From Octopus sinensis (Eukaryota), in the NCBI RefSeq assembly GCF_006345805.1, contig NC_043019.1, forward strand, positions 31,619,360-31,683,359: a stretch of DNA of 64,000 bases. The letters are read 5' to 3'. The position numbers were made by a program, and so were the translations under genes. Positions 42,469-55,960 of the stretch are shown here, in pieces. The notes below the pieces were generated by a model. The model had not been told where the DNA came from, made no database searches, and saw nothing but the letters and a program-made list of their open reading frames with translations. How positions within the stretch are numbered: position 1 is the first letter of the stretch; each line of letters opens with the position of its first letter.

Positions 42469-43192
42469 ACATGTGTATGTGTCTGTATGTGTGTGTGTGT
42501 ATATATATATGTATGTGTATATATATATGCATGTATATATATATATATGTATGTGTATGTATATATATATGCATGTAAAAATATATATATAAACATGTAT
42601 GTGCATATATATATATATATGTGTGCGTGTGTATGTATATACACACTTTACTATTTAATTATATAACTACATCTTTATTCTAACTAATCCATTTTCTATC
42701 TTGTGAAACCTAGTATAAGAAACATTGAAATTATTTCAAGTCTTTGATTTTCCATTTATCTTAAAAACTTTATTTTAAATATATTATGCACATTCTACTT
42801 CATGGCACTCCTTAAATATTTATCAACTGTATCTGTCAGTTAAAATTGAGCAGTTTTCTATCATCTGATCAAATATGAGAACTTTTTTTAATCACTGCAT
42901 GATGCTTAGCACCCCAAATATATTCAGTATTGTTTGAAGCACACGTCTGTTTATGAAACCATTATTTTTTCCAAACCATTACTAGTTTGTTTTTTATATA
43001 TATATAATCAATTAATCTAAAATATTTTTTTTTAATTATTCAAAATTTTATAGGGAAAAATTAATTAAAAAGTAATCTCTGAAATATCCCTAATGTGTAC
43101 ATATGTTGTAAATGTTCTTGGTACAAAATCAAAAATTAAAACTGCTTCCCAGTTATTTAAATATTTTTGGGTCATTATAATGATATAATATT

Positions 43193-43240
<48 letters not shown>

Positions 43241-43705
43241 CATTATTATTATCATTATTATTATCATTATTATTATCATCATCATCATCATCATCATTAT
43301 TATTATTATTATTATTATTATCATTATTATTATTATTATTATTATTATTCAGTGAGAGAACAGTGCATGCCATCAAGGTGACACTGGGATACATATATGC
43401 CGAAGTCTAATATACCCATCTTGACTACCGGTCAGATAAGAGTACACCAGGCACAAGCATCACAGCCATATGTGTGCAACATGGTGATTTCATATCAAGA
43501 TAAACAGTGCATGACCTTGCAGGTGGGGGCCCAGTTAGAATTTTTTTCAGGTCGAGTAGCCCACCCGCTCAAAAGGTCTCTGAATAAGTGTTGTTTAAGG
43601 ATATTGAACAAAACATTCATGTTTCCAGAGGTGAATTATCCAAACCGCCAAAGAATTCCTCTCAACACATGGCTATGATGGTCCCCCACTACTTCATTAT
43701 TATTA

Positions 43706-43752
<47 letters not shown>

Positions 43753-43969
43753 GTTGTTGTTGTTGTTAAGGCAGTGAGCTGGCTACTTTGTCCATCTTTA
43801 TATTCTGAGTTCAAATTTCACCGAGGTTGACTTTGCCTTTCATCCTTTCAAGACTCACAAAATAAGTACCAATTGAGCTCTGGGGTCAATGCGGTTGATT
43901 TACCCACTCCCTTGTAATTACTGGCCTTTTGCTAAAGTTTCAAACCATTATTATTATCCTCATCATCAC

Positions 43970-44041
<72 letters not shown>

Positions 44042-44052
44042 CATCCTCATCA

Positions 44053-44099
<47 letters not shown>

Positions 44100-44149
44100 G
44101 TTATTATTATTATGTGATGGAAACTCACAGCTTATTTTGCTGGGTATGA

Positions 44150-44345
44150 TGGAAAGTGTCAGCTGTCCACATCCAGCAAACTAAGGTGACACTTGTATAC
44201 TGGCCATGCTTTAAGAACCCTGTGAAGAATTCCTGCAGTTCTAAGCAATGCTGATTTTTGTAGGTGTTCTACCTTCACACTTGCAGTAATGTTCAGCCAT
44301 GTTGGTAGTTGAGTGCTGATACCTCCAAGTTCAATTACTCTTGCT
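44150..44345 (-). mobile_element. R4/Dong-clade LINE 3' end followed by long (TAA)n
   Basis: LGGISTQLPTWLNITASVKVEHLQKSALLRTAGILHRVL. Confidence 0.7.
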
Positions 44346-44408
44346 ATCACGTCTACTCGCTTCATTGACCACAACCTTCGTATTTCCCACTTTAAATCAT
44401 CATAGTTG

Positions 44409-44461
<53 letters not shown>

Positions 44462-47325
44462 TATCATTATTATTATTATTGTTATCATTATTATTGATCT
44501 TGTTTGAAGTAAAATTTATTTTAAAAAGAATTATTTAAAAATATAAATAGAAAACTTCATTTTTTTTTTTTCAGTAAGAGAATTATCTTTCTTTCCAAGT
44601 ACAAAATATTAAAATTTTAGTCATTATTTTTTATGATTTTATTATCTTCTTTAAAAGATCGAAATTTTTTTATAACATTTTAGCTTATGAAATTATTCTA
44701 TTGTACAACGATGTGTATGTGTGTGATATACGAGTATATTATTAACGTAAAATTAATAATAAAAATTGCAAAACTTTTTCTTAATTATGATCGAGTTTTG
44801 AAATTTTTTCACCAAACCATACTTTTAAAATGAAAGGTGGGAAGAATTAATCCAATGTATTAATACAAAAATTGACTTTTTAATAGTATTCTTACGCCAT
44901 TAGATTTGTTTACTGAGAAATATATGGCTGTGAGTTGAGTCGTGAAAATATTTCATAAGCCTGCTGTATGAAGGAAAGATTAAAGTGTTACTCAAAGGAA
45001 TAGTGAAGAAGAAGCATCAAAAGACCATTTCTACTTTGTTGGGGTCTGTTCCTTCAGACAGTAATTTCTATCCCTGTCAAATTGGGTAGATATGTGTTTC
45101 ATAGGCCTGCCACACAAAATATGCTAATATGTTACTCTAGAAAATAGTGAGGGAGAAGTGCTGAAAGACTTATTCTACCTTGTGGGGCTCGTTCCTAAAG
45201 GGGGACAGTTTCTATCCTCATCAAATTGAGTAGGTAGATGTTTTGGGGCACAGGATGCCAGACATATCCACTGTCATATGTTTGATAAGAAACCCATCGG
45301 AGACAATTGTTACTTTATCAGTTTGTGATGCTCTATCTTTTGGAGCCTGAAGCCTAGGCCTTCTGTTGCCATTTTCACCAGGTTTTTATCAGAGAAAATA
45401 CTAATAAAGGTCATATTACATATGACAAAATTGCAGCCTTGGAATGGAAAGATTGTGAGAATATTTATTTTTTTCCATCCTTGTGATCTAACCCCTCATC
45501 TCACTGGTTCCTGTTATAATGGGGAAACATCTGTATCTAAACCTTTAACAATGAAGGCACATGGCTCAGTGTTTAGAACGTCAGGCTCACAATCATGCAA
45601 TAGTGAGTTCGATTCCTAGGCTCGGCTGTGTGTTTGCTTGAGCAAGACAATTTATTTCACATTTCTCTAATCTACTCAGCTGTAGAAATTAGTTGTGACG
45701 TCACTGGTACTAACATAACATCACTGAGCCAGTGAAGGAGCATGGCTCAGTAGTTAAAACATTAAACTCACGATCATGTGGTATTGAGTTCGATTCCTAG
45801 GCTCGGCTGCATGTTGTGTGCTTGAGCAAGACACTTTATTTCACATTGCTCCAATTCACTCAGCTGTAGAAATTAGTTGTGACATCACTGGTGCCAAGCT
45901 GTATCAGCCTTTGCCTTTCTCTTGGATAACATTGATGGCATGGCAAGCAGAGGCTGGTCTTCATTAAAACAAATTTGCCCAGACTTGTACCTCAGAGGGG
46001 AACTTTCTAGGTGCAGTCACATGGTTGTTCATGACCAAAATAGGGGTCTTTATTTTTTTAACCCTTTAACAATCAGACTAGTCTGTCGAATGCAATGCTT
46101 ATTTATTCATATTATTTTGAATTAACCATATTTTATTTAATAGCCTCAAGATTTCAGTGATGTGATTGTTTATTTTTAGAAAGACATTGTAAGGTAGGTG
46201 TGAGAGGCTGGATCTGGCTGGTTTCAACACAAAACAGACAGGATATTTGAGTGAGATATGGTCAGTTTCAGTGCTAAACGGCTAAACCATCTTTGGTGAT
46301 ATATGAAAAGATATAAGTATATATAGATCTTGAGTGTCAGGTATCTTAATACTAGAACAGCTGCTGTTGTTGTTGTTGTTGTTGCTTCTGCTGCTCTGGC
46401 TGTTGCTGCTGTTGTTGTTGTTGTTGTCATTATTGCTTAACCCTAAGTCAGCCCTGAACTAAGTAAACCTATCACCAAAAGCATTCTAGCCATGCTTATT
46501 TCACATTTATTCTGTCTTTATCTAGGATTAGATTATCCAGAATCTCTTTGTATTATAATTCTCTTCCCATCTAGAATGATTTATCGGAATATTAAATCAG
46601 ATACTTGATTAATATTTCTTTTCCTGGATCTCAGAAAGGTAAAATTGCAAAGGTGACCTTGGCAGGGTATGAACTCAGAGCATGTGGCAGAGGAGTTAAA
46701 CAACACAACATTTCAAACTGATGAGTAATTACCTGATACAAATGCGGTTCATTTGCCCCCAATAACTGTAACAGTAATTCATAAAACGAGAAAAATATTT
46801 CAGATTGTTGTTTAATTCCATGTTAGCTCTGACAGAATAACTAAATCTATGATTAATTTACAGAAAATAATGAAAATCTCAAAAGCAGAATAGCAGTGAA
46901 AACATCTTAGAAGATCATGTAAAGATGGGAAAAAATGGCCAGCAAGCAATTACAGTGCAGCTTGCTAGCCACTTTTTTCTATTTTATGAGGGCATTTATC
47001 TCACCTTCTAGGTTATTTTCATAGCTATTCTGCGTTCAAGATTTCCATTATTTTCTGTAAAACGCCAACCCACTTGTTTATCTATAATTAATTTGTTTCA
47101 GCTGTGACCATTCAATATTCTATTTTATTTTATTTTTTCAGAAATAGTGTGTACATTAGATTGGGTGGGAGTTTTCTGCCAAAGCCTCAGGTCAACCAAA
47201 AGCCTTGAGTGAAAATTTGATAGACAGAAACCGCATGGAAGCTCTTTGGAAGAAGCATATCTGTGCTTACATGACAGACTTAAACTGTCACCTGGTCTAA
47301 CCCCTCCTATTCTAAGATGTTATAA

Positions 47326-47935
47326 CCCTTTAGCATTGAAATCGGTCATATCTGGCTCAAATATTCAACCTGTTTTATTTACATTCAAACTGGTCACATT
47401 TGCCTTCTTACACTTACCTGACAATGTCATTCTCAAAATAAACAATCACGAAATAATGGGTGATTAATTCAAAATATTGTAAATAAATAAGCATTATATT
47501 TGACAGAGTAATCTGAATGCTAAAGGGTTAATTCTTTAGCACTTAATCTGGTCATATCCAACTCAATTATTCTGTTTTAATGTTCAAACTGACCAAATTC
47601 AGCTTCTCACACCTTCTTACAATGTCCTTCTAAAGATAAACAAACACCTCATTGAAATCTCTAAGCTATGAGATAATGCATGATTAATTCAAAACAATGT
47701 GAATAAATAAGCATTACATTTGACATGGCTGTGTGGTTAGAAAGCTTGCTTCCCAGTTACATGGTTTCGGGTTCACTCCCACTGGGTGGCATCTTGGGCA
47801 AGTGTCTTCTGCTATAACCCTGGACTGACTGAAGCTTTGTAATTGAATTTGGTAGGTGGAAGTTACTGCCGTGTGTGTACATGTGTGTGTTAGTGCTTGT
47901 GTCTCAGAGTAATCTGAATACCTTAAGCAGAGTTG
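47326..47935. mobile_element. Two head-to-tail copies of the same MITE family; second copy interrupted by a SINE head (~47725-47905)
   Basis: CCCTTTAGCATT ... TGCTAAAGGG-TTAA-TTCTTTAGCAC. A reverse copy lies at ~46062-46285 and a partial one at ~7150-7290. Confidence 0.7.
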
Positions 47936-49078
47936 ACTCTGATGTAAACATCCTGGCCAGGTCTCCAGTTTCAGAATAACTTCTCTTTGTTTACTTGTCT
48001 GGGAGAACCCTAAAAAATGTTGGTCTTCTTCTTCTTCTAACTAAGCTATTAAAAAACAAAAGCTATTCTGGTGGTGGATGTGATGTAAGACAACTTATTC
48101 GAGATTCATAAGTTCAGATCCGCAGCTGATATTTCAACACATTTTCAAACTAAAAAATGTATCCTAGACTCCCTCAAACCACTTAACTGACTGGAATAGA
48201 TAGGGACTTTCTGGGATTAATTAAATAGAGCATATTAATACATACGAGGTGGTTAAATTCAAATTACAATGAAAGTAAACAAAGTTTGCTTTAGAAGTGT
48301 TGAGATGTATTGAAAGATAAGGAAATAATTTTATTCTCAAACACAGGATAATGTTAATAATATAGCATGAACAGGATAAAGTACCCATATTTTGCAAAAA
48401 TATGTGTCAGCAGCCAGCCATGAGACTCAAACTCACATCCTGGGTCAGAACTACAGCAGTAAAAGACATTTGCCCGAGGTATCACACAGTGGGACTGAAC
48501 CCAAAACCAAAGTAAAGCAATCTATTCTATTGTTATTTTTGTTTAACCTTAGGACAATTCCTCTAGATCAGAGAAATTTATAATCCAAAATAATCCATAC
48601 TGATACTTTTTATTTTCATTCATAGTAAACCTAATACTACATTATCCAGTGTATCCTTCATTGCATATGAGGGAAAGGAGATTTTTGCTGCTATTTCTAG
48701 CAAGTTGAATGACCACAGAAGAGGCAGCTCCATGGCAATCTTGAAGTGTATTCTGATTATTGCATGACAACAGGGGATCAATATTTATCTATTCTATCTA
48801 TATTAAAAAAAAAAACAAAAAAAAACATTCTTTCGTACCTATTTTAGTTCGTTAAGGGATTAGGATGGTCTAAATCTCTCCCTGACAATATCTTCTTATG
48901 CTGACATGAACAACAACAGATCTTTATCTTTATCTTTTAGCTTGAACTTGCTTCAGTAGTTGGACTGCAGCTGTGCTGAGGCCTTAAAAGCTTAGTCAAG
49001 CTTCTAAAATACCGGAACATAAACAACAGTCTAGCATTGATTGTCAACCTTGATGGAAGGAAAACAGAACACAAAGAA

Positions 49079-49130
<52 letters not shown>

Positions 49131-49233
49131 ACATACATACATAGTATGCAGAATGCAGACCCCCTCCTCCAAAGCAGTATTTTTCATTACATATATGTGT
49201 ATGTATAATATATATTACATATGTATACATATA

Positions 49234-49790
49234 TACAGGGTTATTCAAAAAGAATGAACCAATTTCATTACTCGATATTTTGATAAGGAAAAGCAATAGA
49301 AAGCTCCAGCTAGGTCACAGGTATTTACTCACAATCAACTTTTATTTCCTGTCTTCCAAGTGTTCAATGTGGCCACCATCTGCAGCACAGGCAACATCAA
49401 GGCAATAAAAGAATTTCTCCCTGACACATATCAGCATATCACATCACGGTCCACTGAGTACTTCTTTGACTGTCTGGTTGAATGCTTTATCGAAGTTTTA
49501 TCATTTCCCTTCTATGTCAATATCTTCTGGAATCGCCTCAAGCAAAGCAAATTTATTCTTTAGTTCCATAATGAACTTGCTTTTGATATGCTGGTATGCG
49601 TCTGGGAGGAATTCTCTTATCGCAATGATGTTGCTCGTGTTGCAGGTGTGGCCACATTGAACACTTGTAAGACAGGAAATAAAAGTTGATTGTGAGTAAA
49701 TACTTGTGACTTAGCTGGAGTTTTCTATTGCTTTTCCTTATTAAAATATTTTGTAATGAAATCGACTCGTTCTTTTTGAATAACCCTTTA
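49234..49790. mobile_element. Non-autonomous Tc1/mariner element with ~140-bp TIRs
   Basis: TA-CAGGGTTATTCAAAAAGAA ... TTCTTTTTGAATAACCCTT-TA. The internal remnant ends in GHIEHL-stop (GGCCACATTGAACACTTGTAA). Confidence 0.85.
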
Positions 49791-49859
49791 GGTTAGTTGA
49801 AATATGTTTGTCACATATTTCAACTGCTAAAAAGTAAATACACTGCAGTTACCATTACA

Positions 49860-50360
49860 TATAAATATCTTGATTATTGGGACCACCTTTAACCATTGAA
49901 ACTCTATTCTCTCCAGTGCTGCCATGAGCAAAACATCATTTGCACAGTGTGGAGAATATACTACCATCATTGCCCGAACAACCTCAACTTTAGCTTCAAA
50001 ATTCATCAAAGGCTAGGACCACAGGCCATACGTCCCCTACCCAATTCAGGATCACAGCACATAAATATACTGCAACACAATTTCTTTCCCTCAACAGGCC
50101 CTGCCCTATTTAACATTGTCCCAAAACAGATCAAAGAGGAAAAGGATCCCATTACCTTTAAATGGAATCTGGACAAATTTCTTCAAGGAATACCAGATAA
50201 GCCACCTATACCTGAATACAACTCACTCAACAAAAACTCCCTACTCGAATGGACTGTGGTACCACAAAACCTGACTTAAAAAGGATTTACATAATCTTAT
50301 CAGGTGGTGCTATAAACTTAGACATGGCCTGGAACAATCTTTGGTTGAAACACATCTAAG
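49860..50360 (+). mobile_element. CR1/L2-group LINE, post-RT C-terminal fragment
   Basis: KLYSLQ...GPALFNIVPKQIKEEKDPITFKWNLDKFLQGIPDKPPIPEYNSLNKNSLLEW. Confidence 0.7.
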
Positions 50361-50393
50361 TTTATATACATATATATATATGTGATGGTGGTG

Positions 50394-50439
<46 letters not shown>

Positions 50440-50492
50440 TACATATCACCACCATCACATATATATATATGTATATAAACTTAGATGTGTTT
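50348..50492. repeat. Fold-back inverted repeat centred on (TA)n at the 3' end of a LINE fragment
   Basis: aaacacatctaagtttatatacat...gtgatggtggtgatatgta is mirrored by tacatatcaccaccatcac...gtatataaacttagatgtgttt. Confidence 0.85.
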
Positions 50493-51286
50493 AGATATAA
50501 ACACATCTTAGATATAAACTTATATATATATATATATATACAATAAATACATATGTATATTAAATATATATATGTAATATATATATATATATATAAAATA
50601 ATATATATGTATCTGTATGTATATATATATGTATGTGTGTGTGTGTGTAGATAGATAAATGAATGGCTGGATAAATTCACACACATGCTCACACTCTTAC
50701 ACAAAATATACAGAATGTACTCCCTAGGGTCTTTTTCTTCACATGTATGCAATGTGTGTGTCTGTATTTAAGTGTGTGGGTGTGTGTATGCATCTCTGTG
50801 TTGGGTTCCTTACAATTGTAATTTGTTATTCTTTCTACCTGACCACTCCTGTCCATTGATTAGCTACGTGGGTTTTAGAACTGCAAAACGTTTTAACGAA
50901 TGCTAAGCATTGAAAATTCTTTGTTTGTTTAAATCAGTATCCATACATTGCAATACAGTAATTACTGAAGAAACTTAATAATCTCTCACCTGTGTGTCTT
51001 TAATTTCTGCTATCACCTGTATCACCTATGAATCATTGTGAGATGAGTTGATAATTGTGTTTTCCACTTTCAAAATATCAGAATATTTTGATTAAAATCT
51101 TTCTTTCTTTCAAAGAAATAAGATTTAATATCTTATTCTTCATTCACCAAAAATGGAATTCTTCATTTCTTTCCACCTGATCCCACAAGATAAACATTCA
51201 TGGCACTTAAATAACATCTTATCAAGAAATCCAAACAACAAACGCTGCACAAATATGTTCAGAATAATATTAGAAACTATGTTTGA

Positions 51287-52342
51287 CCCTTTAACATTTA
51301 AGCTGACCATATCTGACTCAAATATTCTACCTGTTTTGTGTTTAAACTGACCAAATCAAGACCCTCACACCTACCCTACAGTGTCATTTTAAAAATATAC
51401 GATGACATCATTGAAATCTCAAAGCTGTGTGATAATACATAATTAGTTCAAAACAATATGAAGATAGAGTAATCTAAATACTAAAGCGTTGACTCTTTAG
51501 CATTTAAACTGGCCATATTTGGCTCAAATATTTGACCTGTTCTATGTTCAAACTGGCCTGATCCAACCTCTAACGTCTATTCAACACTTTCGTTTTAAAA
51601 CTAAACAGTCACAATCATTGAAATCTCTCAACTACAAGATAATGCATGATTAATTCAAAACAATGTGAATAAATAGGCGTAGGAGTGGCTGTGTGGTAAG
51701 TAGCTTGCTTACGAACCACATAGTTCCAAGTTCAGTCCCACTGCTTGGCACTTTGGGCAAGTGTCTTCTACTATAGCCTCGGGCCGACCAAAGCCTTGTG
51801 AGTGGATTTAGTAGATGGAAACTGAAAGAAGCCTGTCATATATGTGCATATATATGTGTATGTGTGTATATGTTTGTGTGTCTGTGTTTGCCCCCCACCC
51901 CCAACATCACTTGACAACCAATGCTGGTGTGTTTACATCCCCGTAACTTAGCGGTTTGGCAAAAGAGACTGATAGAATAAGTACTAGGCTTACAAAAAAT
52001 AAATCCAAAGGTCGATTTGCTCAACTAAAGGCAGTGCTCCAACATGGCCACAATCACATAACTGAAACAAGTAAAAGAGTAAATAAATATTGCATTTGAT
52101 AGAGTAATTTGAACTCTAAAGGGATCACCCTTTAGCATTTAAACTAGACATATCCAGCTCCAGTATTTACCTGTTTGATGTTCAAACTGTCCAGATCTAG
52201 CCTCTCACACCTGCCCTACAATGTCCTTCTAGAAATAAACAATCACGTCATTAGAGTATCAAAGCTATGAGATGACATATGATTAATTCAAAATAATGTG
52301 AATAAGTATTACATTTGACAGAATAATGCGAGTACTAAAGGG
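51287..52342. mobile_element. Three head-to-tail copies of a ~200-bp piggyBac-type MITE; middle copy interrupted by a SINE
   Basis: Units CCCTTTAGCATT...AATGCTAAAGGG separated by single 4-bp TTAA-like junctions (TTGA 51489-92, ATCA 52124-27); final TTAA at 52343. Confidence 0.75.
51676..52081 (+). mobile_element. SINE family A inserted in a MITE with 8-bp TSD
   Basis: AATAAATA at 51668-75 and 52082-89 flanks a full-length copy. Confidence 0.85.
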
Positions 52343-53197
52343 TTAAAAACAATTTCAATGTAAAAATATTACAAATTGTTTAACGGTATTTCATCTGTCT
52401 TTACGTACTGAGTTCAAATTCCTCCGAGGTCGACTTTGCCTCTTGTCCTTTCAGGGACTTAAGAAATAAGTCATGGGGTCGATTTGTCAGACTAAAGAAA
52501 AAACCCTGTAAAGGTGGTGCTCCGGCATAGCCATAGTCAAATGACTGAAACAAGTAAAAGAATGAAAGAATAATCATACCTGATATTCTTGTTTCAATAG
52601 TACACTCAGTCTTTATGGGGAATGGGAAAGTCCCATAAAATCCTGTTATACTTATTCTCTGTCACAATTCATACCACTTTTCTGCTCATTTTGAACCCAC
52701 ACACTTGGGTAATATCTCAATGCAGTCTTTTATCCCAACAGTAATGCCTGCACTTATACTCTTTTCGTGCTAGCTTACTGCATTCACTTGAGACATAACT
52801 AATACTTTTGTCTCCTTTCTTGCTCTGTGAGTTCAAATACCACCAGAGTCAACTTTGACTGCCATCCTTTCGAGGTTGATAGAATAGAGTTCCAGCTGGC
52901 CCTACTCTAAGTATGTGCCTGTAGATTGGAAAGCAGGAAAGAGGGCTCATACCGTTGGTAGTCAAGGTAATCTTGGATCTGTGATTGGCCCTGGTGAAGT
53001 TTCTTCTGTATCAAGAGGACTGAATCATTCATGTTATCACTTTGTATATTACATATACTTTTATTGTATTTCACTGTCTTTTCCATTTCTTTCTCTTCAT
53101 CCTTTATCTAATTCCCCATACAAATTGTTGTCTGTCTTTGTGGTGTCCTCCTAATCTATGCTCCTATAGCTAATAAAAGAAATTATTATTATTATTA

Positions 53198-53230
<33 letters not shown>

Positions 53231-54168
53231 GGCAGCAAGCTGGTAGAATCATTAGCATGCTAGATAAAATGCTCAGCGGTATTTCACCTATCACTAAGTT
53301 CTGAGGTCAACCAAGGTCAACTTTGCTTTTCATCCTTTCGGAATCAATAAATTAAGTACCAGTTGTGTACTGAGGGTCTATCTAATCAACTGGCACCCTC
53401 CCCAAAAATTTCAGGATTTGTGCCTATAATAGAAAGAATTATTTACTGTTATTATTATTATTATTATTGAGTGAGAGAGTAGCGCATGCCACCAAAGTGA
53501 CACTGGGGTACAAATATACAAAGCCCAACATACCCGTCATAACTATTTATTTGATAAAGGTACACTAGGCACATGCATCACAACTATATGTGCATGACAT
53601 AGTGATCTCATATCAAGATGAACAGGGCATGACCTTGCAGGTGGGGTCTAGTTAGAATTTTCTGCAATTTGAGTAGCCCATCTTGCTCAAAAGGTCCCTG
53701 AATAAGGTTTGTTTAAGGATGATGAATGAAACACCCATGTTCCCAGAGGTGAATTATTCAAACTCCAAAGAATTCCTCTCAACACATGGCTAGATGCTCC
53801 CCCCACTACTTCTGCTTGTGATCAGAGATGTGCATATTGTCAGCCACTAAAGGACAACTGGTTAAAGTCAAACAACTGACAAGCAAATCTGTGGTATTAG
53901 GCAGAACATTTATACTAAAACAAAACATGTACATTATTATTATCATTATTATTAAGGCAGTGAGCTGGCAGAATCATTAGCATGCCAGGCAAAATGCTTA
54001 GTAGCATCTCGTCCATCTCTATGTTCTGGGTTCAAATTCCACCAAGGTCAATTTTATCTTCCATTCTTTCAATGTCGATAAACTAAGTACCAGTTACACA
54101 TTGGGGTTGATGTAATCAACTAGTGCCCTCCCCAAAAATTTCAGGCCTTGTGCCTATAGTAGAAGGGA

Positions 54169-54224
<56 letters not shown>

Positions 54225-54914
54225 TCTAAAGCACTACACGGAAAGAATCGGTAGGACATCAAATCAGACAAAAATTATTTTCCCGTATTCAATTTCATTA
54301 GAAATCACTATTGATATTTTTCTAAACTAAAGGCAATAATTAAGAGTATGGGTTACCATAGAAACCAGACAGCATCGTGACAAAGGTCTCTTCTCATTAA
54401 AACCGTAAATTCTTAGTCCTTTGAATTTCCTACAAATACGCATCTCCTTTGCCTTACAATCGAAAGCTTTTCAACATAGCTGAAATAACATTAGTAAATT
54501 TTTTGGTTTTTCTTTTGCTTTTTGTTTGGTTTTTTTTTTAAATGAATTTTCAAAGCTGATTGAGTTAAGCAACTCTTTTGCTAATTTCAATGAGTTATGC
54601 CCCCTTGAGGTTTCTAATGTACATATATTTCAAATACTTTTCTCACTTCAAATTTGGAGTGATTTCTTTTTTAACTGGATATTTTTGTTTTGTTTCTTGT
54701 CCAAATTTTGTCCAGTTCCACATGTAATTTTCACATGTATTCAGCTCAAATACTTTTTCTTATTTAACTACATGTGTACATACACAATGAGCACACACAC
54801 ACACACACATACACACACAAACATATACGCACACATGCGCACACACACATAAATAGTGAGAGAAAGAAATAGATACAGATACGTAGATATATATTACATA
54901 TATATGCATCTATT

Positions 54915-55100
54915 TATAGATCGTTAGCCACTACACACATTTTTTTCTCTCCTTGTTTTTTCTGTGTCCCTTTCTGTAGAAGAGCATAGGCTCGAAACGT
55001 AAAAGACTTTTTCTATTCCTGAGTGTTATACTAATACATCTGTTTGTTTTGTACATCACCTGTCTTCGTCTTTTGTTTTTTTCGTAAACTCTCCTTATAT
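54915..55100 (+). mobile_element. Short Penelope-type terminal repeat; related copies in reverse at ~1225-1325 and ~41800-41935
   Basis: Shared tail ...ctaatacatctgtttgttttgtacatcacctgtcttcgtcttttgtttt abutting (TA)n; contains the GAGC..GCTCGAAAC hammerhead-like motif. Confidence 0.55.
54970..55005 (+). ncRNA. Degenerate hammerhead-like motif in Penelope-type terminal repeat (core CTGTAGA instead of CTGANGA)
   Basis: CTTT-CTGTAGA-A-GAGC-ATAG-GCTC-GAAAC-GTA-AAAG: stems I and II pair, core A6 substituted. Confidence 0.55.
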
Positions 55101-55766
55101 ATATATATATATATATGGGTATAGGTGTAGGTGTGACTGTGCGTTAAGAAGCTTGCTTACTAACAATATGGGCCTTGGTTCAGTCTCACAGCATGTCAAC
55201 TTGGGCAAGTGTCTTTTACTATAGCTTTGGATTGACCAAAGCCTTGTGAGTGGATTTGGTTGATGGAAACTGAAAGAAGCCTATTGTATAGCGAGGTCGT
55301 TGCCAGTGCCGCTGGACTGGCTCCTGTGCAGGTGGCACATAAAAACCACCATTTGAGCATGGCCATTGCCAGTACTGCTTGACTGGCCCTCATGCCAGTG
55401 ACACATAAAAGTACCCACTACACTCTCGGAGTGGTTGGAGCCTGGTGCAGCCATCTGGTTTGCCAGTCCTCAGTCAAATCATCCAACACATGCTAGCATG
55501 GAAAACGTACGTTAAACAATGATGATGATATGTGAGTGTGCCTTTGTGTCTTTGTTTTTCCTCCCACCACTGATTGTCAACAGATGTTGCTGTATTTACA
55601 TCTCCAGTGCCCTTTTAAAGCGATGCTCCAGCAAGGCCACAATCAGATGACTGAAACAAGTAAAATAATCAATGCGTCTACATACATGTGAGTGAATGAG
55701 AGAAAAGGGCATTCAGCACATTTAGTAGGAGTTACATGTATTATTATTTGAAACAACTTGATTCAG

Positions 55767-55880
55767 TTCTATGCACCTTCAAGTTTCACAGGCTCCTAAC
55801 GGAAGCCTGATTTGGCATTCCAGAAGCCTGAAGGAGTCAGTCTCCTTTTTGGAGCCTGCAAAACTTGAAGTAGCACAGAA
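55767..55880. repeat. Small MITE-like inverted repeat, 30-bp arms
   Basis: ttctatgcaccttcaagtttcacaggctcc versus ggagcctgcaaaacttgaagtagcacagaa. Confidence 0.6.
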
Positions 55881-55960
55881 CCGGAGCAAATTATTTTAAA
55901 TAACATAATTTATATGTATATATATATATATATGTGAGTGTGTGTGTGTGTGTATGTGTG

